DNA from: Bacilli bacterium
GTDB taxonomy: Bacteria > Bacillota_I > Bacilli_A > RF39 > UBA660
Direction of reading: 5' to 3'
Length of the DNA stretch: 35,300 nt
NCBI GenBank assembly: GCA_036642175.1
Contig: JAVWDK010000003.1
Location: 1-35,300 of the forward strand
Position 1 is the stretch's first letter; each line of letters opens with the position of its first letter. The notes under the pieces are model-generated. The model did not search any database, was not told the origin of the DNA, and was given only the letters and a program-made list of their open reading frames with translations. The position numbers and the translations under genes are program-made. This document shows positions 26,952 to 35,101 of the stretch, in pieces.

Positions 26952-29780
26952 ATGGATAAAATAATAATCAAAGGAGCAAGAGAAAATAATCTTAAAAATA
27001 TAGATATTGAATTACCTAAAAATAAATTAATTGTTATGACTGGTGTATCAGGATCAGGAAAAAGCAGCTTAGCATTTGATACAATCTATGCGGAAGGGCA
27101 AAGAAGATATGTTGAAAGTTTAAGTCCTTATGCACGTCAATTTTTAGGAGGAACTGAAAAACCAGATGTTGATTCGATTGAAGGGTTAAGCCCATCAATT
27201 AGTATAGATCAAAAAACCACAAATAAAAATCCTCGGAGTACTGTTGGAACAGTAACAGAAATATATGACTATTTAAGACTATTATATGCAAGAATTGGTG
27301 TTCCATATTGCCCTAATCATCATAAACCAATTAGTAGTCAGAGTATTGAAGAAATGACTAATCAAATATTAAAATTAGAAAAATCTACTAAAATAAGAGT
27401 TCTTTCACCACTTGTCCATGGAGAAAAAGGAACACAAAAAGATATTTTAGAAAAATTGAAAAAAGAAGGATATGTTAGAGTTAGAATTGATAAAATTGAA
27501 TATGAATTATCCAATGAAATTGACCTTGAAAAAAACAAAAAACACAACATTGATGTTATTGTTGACCGATTAATTATAACTGATGATATTAGGAGCAGAT
27601 TATATGAAGCAATTGAACTTGCAACAAAACTTTCAAAAGGAAAATGTGTGATTGATGTTTTAAATAAAGAAGAAATAATTATGAGTGAAAATTATGCTTG
27701 TCCCGAATGTGATTTTTCTTTACCAGAATTAGAACCAAGAATGTTTTCTTTTAACGCACCATTTGGTGCCTGCCTAGAATGTAAAGGATTAGGTATTAAA
27801 TATAAAATTGATAAAGACTTAGTTATTCCTGATAAAAATAAATCCTTAATAGAAGGAGCAATTGTTGCTATAAATTTAGAAGATACTAACAATATTATTT
27901 ATACACAAATAGAAACAATATGTAATCATTATAAAATTGACATGAATATACCAATAAAACAAATATCAAGTGATAAATTAGATATACTTTTATATGGAAC
28001 TAATGAAACATTAGAATTTAATTATACTGCTAAAAATGGTAACACAAGGCAAACCAAAGACTATTATGAAGGGATAATTAATAATTTAGAAAGAAGATAT
28101 ATTGAAACTAAAAGTACTTGGATTCGTGAATGGATTGAACAATATATGACCGAACTTGTTTGTCCTAGTTGTAATGGTGCGAGATTAGAAAAAAACATTT
28201 TATCTGTGCTAATTAATAATAAAAATATTTATGAAATAACACAATTAAGCATAAAAAATCTAAAAGAATTTTTTGATAATTTGATTCTTAGCAATACTGA
28301 CAAACAAATAAGTAAATTAATATTAAAAGAAATAGATTCAAGACTAACATTTTTAATAAATGTTGGACTTAACTATTTAACCCTTAATCGAACAGCTTCG
28401 ACTTTATCAGGTGGTGAATCTCAAAGAATAAGATTAGCCACTCAAATAGGTTCAAGACTTACAGGAGTATTATATGTTCTAGATGAGCCAAGTATCGGCT
28501 TACATCAAAGAGATAATCAAAGACTAATTAATTCAATGTTAGAAATGCGTGATTTAGGCAATACATTAATTGTTGTTGAACATGATATGGAAACAATGCT
28601 ACAAGCAGATTATTTAGTTGATATAGGTCCTGGGGCAGGAACTCACGGTGGAACAATAATCGCAAAAGGAACACCACAAGAAGTAATGAATAATGAAAAT
28701 AGTTTGACTGGTAAGTATTTGACTGGCAAATTAAAAATCGAAATACCTAAAATCAGGCGTAAAGGAACTGGCCAATATATAGAAATAAAAGGAGCAAGAG
28801 AAAATAACTTAAAAAATATTAATATTAAATTTCCTTTAGGAACATTTATTTGCGTAACTGGTGTATCAGGATCAGGAAAAAGTAGTTTAGTAAATGGAAT
28901 TTTATATAAAGCAGTTTCTAATACATTATATAAAAATAAAGAAAAACCTGGTTTATATAAAGAAATTAAAGGATTAGAAAATATCGACAAAGTAGTTTCC
29001 ATATCACAAGCTCCAATCGGAAGAACCCCACGTAGTAATCCTGCTACTTATGTTAGTGTTTTTGATGATATAAGGGATGTATTTGCTCAAACTAAAGAAG
29101 CAAAAATAAAAGGCTATGATAAAGGACGATTCTCTTTTAATGTAAAAGGAGGTCGTTGTGAAGCTTGTTGGGGAGATGGCGTTAAAAAAATTGAAATGCA
29201 CTTTTTACCTGATATTTATGTACCCTGTGAAATATGTAATGGCACGCGTTATAATAAAGAAACATTAGACATAAAATATAAAGGTAAAAATATTTACGAA
29301 GTATTAGATATGCGTGTTGAAGAAGCTTTAATATTTTTTGAAAATGTTCCTAAAGTAAAATCAAAACTCCAAATGCTTATTGATGTTGGATTATCATATA
29401 TTAAATTAGGACAAAGTGCTCCAACTTTATCAGGTGGAGAAGCTGGACGAATAAAATTAGCTAAAGAACTTCAAAAAAAACCAACTGGAAAAAGTTTATT
29501 TATCCTAGATGAGCCGACAACTGGACTTCATAGTGATGATATCAAAAAATTACTTGCAATTTTACAAAGAATAGTAGATAATAAAGATACAGTAATTGTT
29601 ATTGAACATAACTTAGATGTTATAAAAGTAGCCGATTATATTATTGACTTAGGAAAAGAAGGCGGCGATATGGGCGGTGAAATAATCGCAAAAGGAACTC
29701 CAGAAGAAATAGTGAAAGTAAAAGACAGTTATACAGGAATGTATTTAAAAAAAGTTTTAGAGGATAAATATGAATTTTAA
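26952..29780 (+). CDS. uvrA: Excinuclease ABC subunit A
   Basis: It has tandem ABC ATPase modules (GVSGSGKSSL twice, LSGGE signature twice). Zinc modules are present (CPECDF...CLECKG, CEACWGDG...CEICNG). The length is 942 aa. Confidence 0.98.
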   Translation: MDKIIIKGARENNLKNIDIELPKNKLIVMTGVSGSGKSSLAFDTIYAEGQRRYVESLSPYARQFLGGTEKPDVDSIEGLSPSISIDQKTTNKNPRSTVGTVTEIYDYLRLLYARIGVPYCPNHHKPISSQSIEEMTNQILKLEKSTKIRVLSPLVHGEKGTQKDILEKLKKEGYVRVRIDKIEYELSNEIDLEKNKKHNIDVIVDRLIITDDIRSRLYEAIELATKLSKGKCVIDVLNKEEIIMSENYACPECDFSLPELEPRMFSFNAPFGACLECKGLGIKYKIDKDLVIPDKNKSLIEGAIVAINLEDTNNIIYTQIETICNHYKIDMNIPIKQISSDKLDILLYGTNETLEFNYTAKNGNTRQTKDYYEGIINNLERRYIETKSTWIREWIEQYMTELVCPSCNGARLEKNILSVLINNKNIYEITQLSIKNLKEFFDNLILSNTDKQISKLILKEIDSRLTFLINVGLNYLTLNRTASTLSGGESQRIRLATQIGSRLTGVLYVLDEPSIGLHQRDNQRLINSMLEMRDLGNTLIVVEHDMETMLQADYLVDIGPGAGTHGGTIIAKGTPQEVMNNENSLTGKYLTGKLKIEIPKIRRKGTGQYIEIKGARENNLKNINIKFPLGTFICVTGVSGSGKSSLVNGILYKAVSNTLYKNKEKPGLYKEIKGLENIDKVVSISQAPIGRTPRSNPATYVSVFDDIRDVFAQTKEAKIKGYDKGRFSFNVKGGRCEACWGDGVKKIEMHFLPDIYVPCEICNGTRYNKETLDIKYKGKNIYEVLDMRVEEALIFFENVPKVKSKLQMLIDVGLSYIKLGQSAPTLSGGEAGRIKLAKELQKKPTGKSLFILDEPTTGLHSDDIKKLLAILQRIVDNKDTVIVIEHNLDVIKVADYIIDLGKEGGDMGGEIIAKGTPEEIVKVKDSYTGMYLKKVLEDKYEF

Positions 29781-30279
29781 ATATAATATTACAAAAGAAA
29801 ATTTTAAAAGAATGTATAATAAAGAATTAAAAAATGTTAATATATTTTATATAATTTTAGCATCAATCATATTTTTTATATTATTACAAGATATTATTAA
29901 ATATAATTTCTTATTTGTTTTTATAATTTACATTTTATTTATAACTGTCTTAATTTTTTTAATAATTTTTATTAGTCAAATATATGTCAATATACTAATT
30001 AAATTAACTAATAAAAAAGTTAGTAATAATTATGGGGTTTTTGATGTAACAATTAATGATACTGGCATAACTAGTAAAAATTTAGAATCAAAAATGAAAA
30101 TAAATTGGAAAGAAATCAAAAAAATCAACGTGACAAAAAACAAAATTTCTATAATTTATGGAAATAAAACTAAAATGGTTTTTACAATTTATAAAACATT
30201 ATTAGAAAAAGATAATAATTATGGAAAAATATTAGAAATAATTAGTAAATATCGAAAATTAGAAGATATTGAAATATAA
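29770..30279 (+). CDS. Small membrane protein, YcxB-like (two TM helices plus a C-terminal beta domain)
   Basis: Two hydrophobic helices are followed by INWKEIKKINVTKNKISIIYGNKTKMVFTIYK, which is reminiscent of the YcxB-like domain. It overlaps the end of uvrA by 11 nt. Confidence 0.55.
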   Translation: MNFKYNITKENFKRMYNKELKNVNIFYIILASIIFFILLQDIIKYNFLFVFIIYILFITVLIFLIIFISQIYVNILIKLTNKKVSNNYGVFDVTINDTGITSKNLESKMKINWKEIKKINVTKNKISIIYGNKTKMVFTIYKTLLEKDNNYGKILEIISKYRKLEDIEI

Positions 30280-30327
30280 AATATTATATTATAATATCAA
30301 AATATAATTAAATTAGGAGGAGATAAT

Positions 30328-30870
30328 ATGAACGATATTTTAAAAGAAACAGAATTAAGAATGACTTCCACAATTGAAACTATGGAAAAAAGATTTACAA
30401 ATATTAGAGCAGGGCGTGCAAATGCTAGCATTGTAAATGGTATTTTTGTATCTTATTATGGAGTTGATACACCATTACTTCAACTTGCTAATATTTCTAT
30501 TCCTGAAGCAAGACAAATATGCATTAAACCATTTGATAAAACTTGTGTTGGTGCAATAGAAAAAGCAATTTTTGAAGCTAATATTGGCTTAACACCTAAT
30601 AACAATGGTGAAATAATTACACTTAATATACCTTCACTTACTGAAGATAGCCGAAAAGAATTTGTTAAACAAACAAAAATTATTGCTGAAGAAACAAAAA
30701 TAGCTTTAAGAAATATTAGGCAAGATATAAATAATGATATTAAAAAGCTAGAAATACCAGAAGATAATATTAAGTCAGGATTAGAAGACGTTCAAGAATT
30801 AATAAACAAATATAATAAAATTATTGAAGACAAATTAAAAATAAAAGAAGCAGAATTATTAACTGTCTAA
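30328..30870 (+). CDS. frr: Ribosome recycling factor
   Basis: RAGRANASIVNGIFVSYYG.DTPL.QLANISIPEAR and IRNIRQD are present. The length is 180 aa. A GGAGGAG Shine-Dalgarno is present. Confidence 0.95.
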   Translation: MNDILKETELRMTSTIETMEKRFTNIRAGRANASIVNGIFVSYYGVDTPLLQLANISIPEARQICIKPFDKTCVGAIEKAIFEANIGLTPNNNGEIITLNIPSLTEDSRKEFVKQTKIIAEETKIALRNIRQDINNDIKKLEIPEDNIKSGLEDVQELINKYNKIIEDKLKIKEAELLTV

Positions 30871-30876
30871 AAGTGT

Positions 30877-30905
30877 AAAAGAAGATGTATTGTATATCTT
30901 TTTTT
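30877..30905 (+). terminator. Weak AU-rich hairpin with T-run after frr
   Basis: AAAAGAAGATGTA-TTG-TATATCTTTTTTT forms a 13-bp stem that includes 2 G-U pairs. It probably allows read-through into pdp. Confidence 0.35.
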
Positions 30906-30938
30906 ATTATTATATTCTATAATAAATATGGTGAGAAT

Positions 30939-32207
30939 ATGTTAAATATAATAAATAAGAAAAGATTAAAACAAGAACTTTCTAAGGAAGAAATAGATTA
31001 TGCAATAAATAATTATGTCAATGGAACTATTCCTGATTATCAAATGAGTGCTTTATTAATGGCTATTTGCTTAAACGGAATGACTGATGAAGAAGTATTT
31101 AATTTAACCGATGCTATGCTAAAAAGTGGAGATATTTTGGATTTATCTAAATTAAATAGTCTTGCTGTTGATAAACATTCAACTGGTGGTGTTGGAGATA
31201 AAACAACAATAATTTTAGCTCCTATTGTTGCTAGTTGTGGTGTTAATGTATGTAAAATGAGTGGAAGAAGTCTAGGCCATACTGGTGGAACAATTGACAA
31301 ATTAGAATCAATTCCTAATTTTACAACTAATTTAAGTATTAATGAAATAATAAAACAAGTTAATCAAATAGGCATTTCAATTGTTGCTCAAACAGGAAAT
31401 CTTGTCCCTGCTGATAAAAAACTTTATACATTAAGAGATGTAAGTGGAACAGTTGAATCAATTCCTTTAATTGCATCATCAATTATGAGTAAAAAAATAG
31501 CATCATCATGTTTAAAAATAGTCATTGATTTAAAAGTTGGAAATGGTGCTTTAATTAAAACCATAGAAGATGCTCGCTCTTTATCAAATTTAATGATTAA
31601 GATTGGAAAAAAATATAATCGAGAAGTAATATGTGTGTTAACTAATATGGATAAACCATTAGGATATACGATTGGTAATTCGTTAGAAATAAAAGAAAGC
31701 ATTGATTTTTTAAATGGAATTCAGGCTCCTGATTTAAAGGAACTTATTTATGTTTTAGCACCACTTATGGTTAGCATAGGTAAAAACATTTCATTTAATG
31801 AAGCTTTGAAACAAGTAAAAGAAAAAATAGAAAATAAGGAAGCTCTTAACAAATTATATGAATTAATTAAGTACCAAAAAGGTAATATAGAGGAATTAAA
31901 AATTTCCGAAAAAATATTTTCGATTAAAAGTCCCTATACAGGGTTTATAAAAACTATTGATACTTTAAAATTAGGTGAGCTTGTAAGAAGTATTGGAGCA
32001 GGAAGATATAAAAAAGATGATATAATTGATTACACAGTGGGGATTGTTTTAAATAAGAATGTTGGTGATTATGTTTTAAAAGATGAAGAATTAATTAAAG
32101 TTTATTTAAATAATTTAGATATGTCAATTAATGAAGTTACTGATTGTTTTACAATATCTAATACACTAGGAGAGTTAAAACCGCTAATTTATGAGGTTAT
32201 TAAATGA
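30939..32207 (+). CDS. pdp: Pyrimidine-nucleoside (thymidine) phosphorylase
   Basis: DYQMSALLMAI, HSTGGVGDKTT and SGRSLGHTGGTIDKLESIP are present. The start is set at the ATG at 30939 (GGTGAG Shine-Dalgarno). The track start at 30885 runs through the frr hairpin. Confidence 0.93.
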   Translation: MLNIINKKRLKQELSKEEIDYAINNYVNGTIPDYQMSALLMAICLNGMTDEEVFNLTDAMLKSGDILDLSKLNSLAVDKHSTGGVGDKTTIILAPIVASCGVNVCKMSGRSLGHTGGTIDKLESIPNFTTNLSINEIIKQVNQIGISIVAQTGNLVPADKKLYTLRDVSGTVESIPLIASSIMSKKIASSCLKIVIDLKVGNGALIKTIEDARSLSNLMIKIGKKYNREVICVLTNMDKPLGYTIGNSLEIKESIDFLNGIQAPDLKELIYVLAPLMVSIGKNISFNEALKQVKEKIENKEALNKLYELIKYQKGNIEELKISEKIFSIKSPYTGFIKTIDTLKLGELVRSIGAGRYKKDDIIDYTVGIVLNKNVGDYVLKDEELIKVYLNNLDMSINEVTDCFTISNTLGELKPLIYEVIK

Positions 32208-32836
32208 GTTTATTCTTATCAATTGTTATTTTTATAGAAGCTTTAATTATATCTTTATTTAGAATATTAGGACCAATAGTGCTTATTTTAACTGTATTAA
32301 TTGGAATAAAAATATTGTATCGTTATAAAAAATATGGTTATTTAGAATTTGATGTTTTTAGAAAAAGAGAGACAACTAAATTTATAGAAATAATATTAAT
32401 GATGCTTGACAAAATAAATGGATATCGTAAAATAATTAATGTTTCAAATTTATATGCTGATCTTACTATTATTGATAAAACAGGCTTATATTTAATAAAA
32501 TTAATAAAGTATGAAGGATCTGTAAATGGAGTAAGAAATGATTTGATTTTAAAAAACAGATTAAAAGTAAATGTTATTAAAGATATTGCAAATCCGTTTT
32601 ATTATTTAGAACAGGATAAACAAAAATTATTAAAAATTGATGAAAATTTAGAGATTAAAACTATTCTTGTAACTAGTAATATTTCTCAGGTAAATATTCA
32701 AAATGTTTCTAAAGAAGAATGTTTAATTTTAAAAGACTTTTATTTTGTAATGGAACATAATTTTTCTAAAACCCAAATATATGATAATAATGAAATAAAT
32801 AAATTATATAAAAAAATTAAGTATTGCATAAATTAA
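32204..32836 (+). CDS. Membrane-anchored hypothetical protein, possibly NERD (nuclease-related domain)-like
   Basis: There is an N-terminal TM region. The segment ADLTIIDKTGLYLIKLIKYEGSVNG resembles the NERD core (D..vi...gi.viE.K...G). An ATGA overlap links it to the pdp stop. The domain call is from memory only. Confidence 0.5.
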   Translation: MSLFLSIVIFIEALIISLFRILGPIVLILTVLIGIKILYRYKKYGYLEFDVFRKRETTKFIEIILMMLDKINGYRKIINVSNLYADLTIIDKTGLYLIKLIKYEGSVNGVRNDLILKNRLKVNVIKDIANPFYYLEQDKQKLLKIDENLEIKTILVTSNISQVNIQNVSKEECLILKDFYFVMEHNFSKTQIYDNNEINKLYKKIKYCIN

Positions 32837-32852
32837 AAAAAAATGTTAATAT
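32824..32852 (+). promoter_or_regulatory. Sigma-A-type promoter of the glyQS leader
   Basis: TTGCAT (32824-32829), a 17-nt spacer and TAATAT (32847-32852), with TG at 32844-32845. The -35 lies inside the last codons of the preceding ORF. Confidence 0.6.
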
Positions 32853-32856
32853 GTAA

Positions 32857-32975
32857 GTATGAAGTGATGACTGGGTTGGAAACCACGAGCTATATATTTT
32901 AAGCTGATTTTAAAGAATAAGTAAGGTGGAACCGCGGGTATATCTCGTCCTTATATCCTTTAGAATTTTTTATTA
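32857..32975 (+). promoter_or_regulatory. T-box leader (glycine-specific) with a very short Stem I
   Basis: The T-box core AAGGTGGAACCGCGGG lies at 32923-32938. The antiterminator can be drawn as AAGG/CCTT (A1), a 7-nt bulge TGGAACC, GCGGG/CTCGT (A2) and a TATAT loop, spanning 32923-32952. A K-turn-like GATGA...CGAGC lies at 32866-32890. A GGA codon sits in a hairpin loop at 32878-32880. The leader lies directly upstream of glyQS. Confidence 0.75.
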
Positions 32976-32989
32976 GAAAGAGTGATTTT

Positions 32990-34357
32990 ATGAAAAACAT
33001 GGAGCAAATGGTTAGTTTTTGTAAAACTTATGGTTTTATATTTCAAGGAAGTGAAATTTATGGTGGTTTGGCTAATACTTGGGATTTTGGACCATTAGGT
33101 GCAGAACTTAAAAACAACATTAAAAAAGCTTGGTTAAAAAAATTTATTCAAGAAACACCAAATTGTGTTGGACTTGATAGTGCAATCTTAATGAACCCGA
33201 GAACATGGGAAGCAAGCGGTCATCTAAAGACTTTTTCTGATCCTTTAATTGACTGTAAAGAATGTAATACAAGATATCGAGCAGATAAGTTAGTTGAAGA
33301 TAATGGAACAGATGATGCTGGTAAAATGAATAATGAAGAATTAATCAATTACATTAATGAGCACAAACTTGTTTGTCCAAAATGTGGCAAATTGAATTAT
33401 ACAAATATAAGACAATTTAATTTAATGTTTAAAACATTTCAAGGCGTTACAGAAGATAATAAAAGTACTATTTATTTAAGACCAGAAACAGCCCAAGGAA
33501 TATTTACTAATTTTTTAAATGTTCAAAGAAGTTTGAGATTAAAAGTACCATTTGGTATTGGCCAGATAGGAAAAAGTTTTCGCAATGAAATAACACCAGG
33601 TAATTTTATATTTAGAGTTAGAGAATTTGAACAAATGGAATTAGAATTTTTTTGTAAACCCGGTACAGAATTAGAATGGTTTAAATTTTATAAAGATAGT
33701 GCTAAAAAATTTTTACTTAATTTAGGAATTAATGAAGACGATTTAAGATTAAGAAATCATTCTAAGGAGGAATTAAGTTTTTACAGTAATGCCACAACAG
33801 ATATAGAGTATAAATTTCCTTTTGGATGGGGAGAATTATGGGGAATAGCGAGTAGAACAGATTATGATTTAAAACAACATCAAGAGTTTTCAAATATTTC
33901 AATGAATTATTTAGATCCTATTACTAATGAAAAATATATTCCATACGTAATAGAACCTAGTTTAGGTGTAGAAAGACTTACCTTAGCTATTCTTAGTAAT
34001 GCTTATAAAAGTGAAGAACTAGCAAATGGAGAAATAAGAGAAATTATGGCTTTTCATCCTTTTTTAGCTCCTTATAAAGTTGCTGTATTACCTTTAGTAA
34101 AAAAATATCATAGTGAAAAGTCTTTAGAACTATTTAAAGAATTATCTAGTTATTTTATGACTACTTATGATGAATCTGGTTCAATTGGTAAAAGATATAG
34201 GAGACAAGACGTTATTGGAACTCCATTTTGTATAACAATTGATGAAGAAACTATTAATAATGATACTGTTACATTAAGAAATCGTGATACAATGGAACAA
34301 ATTATTTTGCCATTAAAAGAAGTAGTAAGCTATGTTTTAAATAAAATTAAATTTTAA
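32990..34357 (+). CDS. glyQS: Glycine--tRNA ligase (alpha2 dimeric type)
   Basis: [29 protein letters not shown] and [25 protein letters not shown] are present. The length is 455 aa. It is preceded by the T-box. Confidence 0.96.
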   Translation: MKNMEQMVSFCKTYGFIFQGSEIYGGLANTWDFGPLGAELKNNIKKAWLKKFIQETPNCVGLDSAILMNPRTWEASGHLKTFSDPLIDCKECNTRYRADKLVEDNGTDDAGKMNNEELINYINEHKLVCPKCGKLNYTNIRQFNLMFKTFQGVTEDNKSTIYLRPETAQGIFTNFLNVQRSLRLKVPFGIGQIGKSFRNEITPGNFIFRVREFEQMELEFFCKPGTELEWFKFYKDSAKKFLLNLGINEDDLRLRNHSKEELSFYSNATTDIEYKFPFGWGELWGIASRTDYDLKQHQEFSNISMNYLDPITNEKYIPYVIEPSLGVERLTLAILSNAYKSEELANGEIREIMAFHPFLAPYKVAVLPLVKKYHSEKSLELFKELSSYFMTTYDESGSIGKRYRRQDVIGTPFCITIDEETINNDTVTLRNRDTMEQIILPLKEVVSYVLNKIKF

Positions 34358-34367
34358 TATTTTACTA

Positions 34368-34405
34368 ATTCAATAAATTTGTTTGAAATTTATTGAATTT
34401 TTTTA
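34368..34405 (+). terminator. Rho-independent terminator of glyQS
   Basis: A perfect 13-bp stem ATTCAATAAATTT / AAATTTATTGAAT has the loop GTTTG and is followed by T7. Confidence 0.85.
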
Positions 34406-34470
34406 AAATCTGTTTAGCAAATTTCATTAATCTGAGAATAAAAACCATACAAAAATTATAAATCTGGTAT

Positions 34471-34499
34471 TTGCAATCATTATGTTTTTTTGATAATCT
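34471..34499 (+). promoter_or_regulatory. Candidate promoter for the 46-aa ORF
   Basis: TTGCAA (34471-34476), a 17-nt spacer and TAATCT (34494-34499), with TG at 34491-34492. Confidence 0.4.
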
Positions 34500-34520
34500 T
34501 ATAAAGAAGGAGAGGAAAAT

Positions 34521-34661
34521 ATGACTTTAGAAGAATTTATAAAATTAAACAATTTATATAATGATACTATTGAAGTTAAAGTATTAAATGGAAAAGTATA
34601 TTTTATTTTGGATAATGGCGAATTAGTTGAGTGTGTTAAAGAACTAATTGTAAAAGATTAG
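34521..34661 (+). CDS. Hypothetical 46-aa protein (MTLEEFIKLNNLYNDTIEVKVLNGKVYFILDNGELVECVKELIVKD)
   Basis: It is too short for the ORF track. It has a strong AAGGAGAGG Shine-Dalgarno 7 nt upstream of the ATG, a candidate promoter and a downstream terminator. I recognise no homologue. Confidence 0.45.
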   Translation: MTLEEFIKLNNLYNDTIEVKVLNGKVYFILDNGELVECVKELIVKD

Positions 34662-34686
34662 CTTTTTTTGTATATTATTAGCAATT

Positions 34687-34727
34687 AAAAAAGATAGTAC
34701 TATTTTCAAATATACTATCTTTTAAAT
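34687..34727. terminator. Bidirectional rho-independent terminator between convergent small genes
   Basis: AAAAGATAGTA (34689-34699) pairs with TACTATCTTTT (34713-34723) in an 11-bp stem. An A-tract lies 5' and a T-tract lies 3', so there is a U-run in both orientations. Confidence 0.65.
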
Positions 34728-34761
34728 TATTTTACAAATAAATTAAAATATATAAGTAAAC

Positions 34762-35037
34762 TTATATTTTGTTAGGGCAAATTTCACAGGAAAACAAATC
34801 TAATTTGCTTTCTAAAATTTGTTCTAGACGACTTATTGCATTGATTGTATTTTGTACAGATCTATTTGTTTCTAAAATTTGTTCTACGGTTCCTTTAGCA
34901 ACTATTGCTTGAATTTTTTCTCCTTCAGCATTTAAAATATGAGATAATCCAGTTTGCTCTAAAGCAACTGATTCTATAATGTCTGAAACAGCTTGACTGC
35001 GAGAAACTGTTCCTGGAGTAATAAATGGCATTGACAT
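34762..35037 (-). CDS. Hypothetical 91-aa helical protein with a C-terminal CxxC (…FSCEICPNKI)
   Basis: The ATG is preceded by GAAAGGAAAAGGA. It is followed by the bidirectional terminator. The protein is predicted to be largely helical and contains IESVALEQTGLSHILNAEGEKIQ. Its function is unknown. Confidence 0.65.
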   Translation of the reverse strand: MSMPFITPGTVSRSQAVSDIIESVALEQTGLSHILNAEGEKIQAIVAKGTVEQILETNRSVQNTINAISRLEQILESKLDLFSCEICPNKI

Positions 35038-35077
35038 AAATATTCCTTTTCCTTTCTTTTAAACAATTAAGTTTTTA

Positions 35078-35101
35078 TTTTATAAGATGATTCTTATAAA
35101 A
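35078..35101. promoter_or_regulatory. Perfect 24-bp palindrome (candidate operator) upstream of the 91-aa gene
   Basis: TTTTATAAGA-TGAT-TCTTATAAAA has 10-bp arms and a 4-nt spacer. It lies 41-64 nt upstream of the start codon at 35037 (minus strand) and overlaps a TATAAA -10-like element on the minus strand. Confidence 0.4.

Noticed and set aside
26968-27064. A nucleotide-level repeat in uvrA. AAAGGAGCAAGAGAAAATAA plus the 26-nt ACTGGTGTATCAGGATCAGGAAAAAG recur at about 28788-28882.
   Set aside because: The repeat reflects the well-known internal duplication of the two ABC modules of UvrA (IKGARENNLKNI and GVSGSGKSSL occur twice). It is not a mobile or regulatory repeat.
30281-30297. The palindrome ATATTATA-T-TATAATAT lies upstream of frr.
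   Set aside because: It is composed only of A and T and is essentially a TATAAT box and its mirror image. A match like this is expected by chance at this base composition. The associated TTGAAA -35 is spaced only 15 nt away.
30885-30938. An 18-codon N-terminal extension of pdp (MYCISFFIIIFYNKYGEN) appears in the ORF track.
   Set aside because: It runs through the frr terminator-like hairpin and T-run. The ATG at 30939 has a GGTGAG Shine-Dalgarno and matches the usual Pdp N-terminus.
26218-31702. Minus-strand ORFs 26218..26400, 27362..27550, 27692..27892, 28643..29002, 29004..29201, 31040..31300 and 31424..31702.
   Set aside because: They lie antisense within the parE, uvrA and pdp coding regions, whose sense-strand translations carry unmistakable family motifs.
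34407-34466. AATCTG occurs three times (34407, 34429, 34461) upstream of the 46-aa ORF.
   Set aside because: These are only 6-mers with irregular 22- and 32-nt spacing in AT-rich DNA, so they are not distinguishable from chance.
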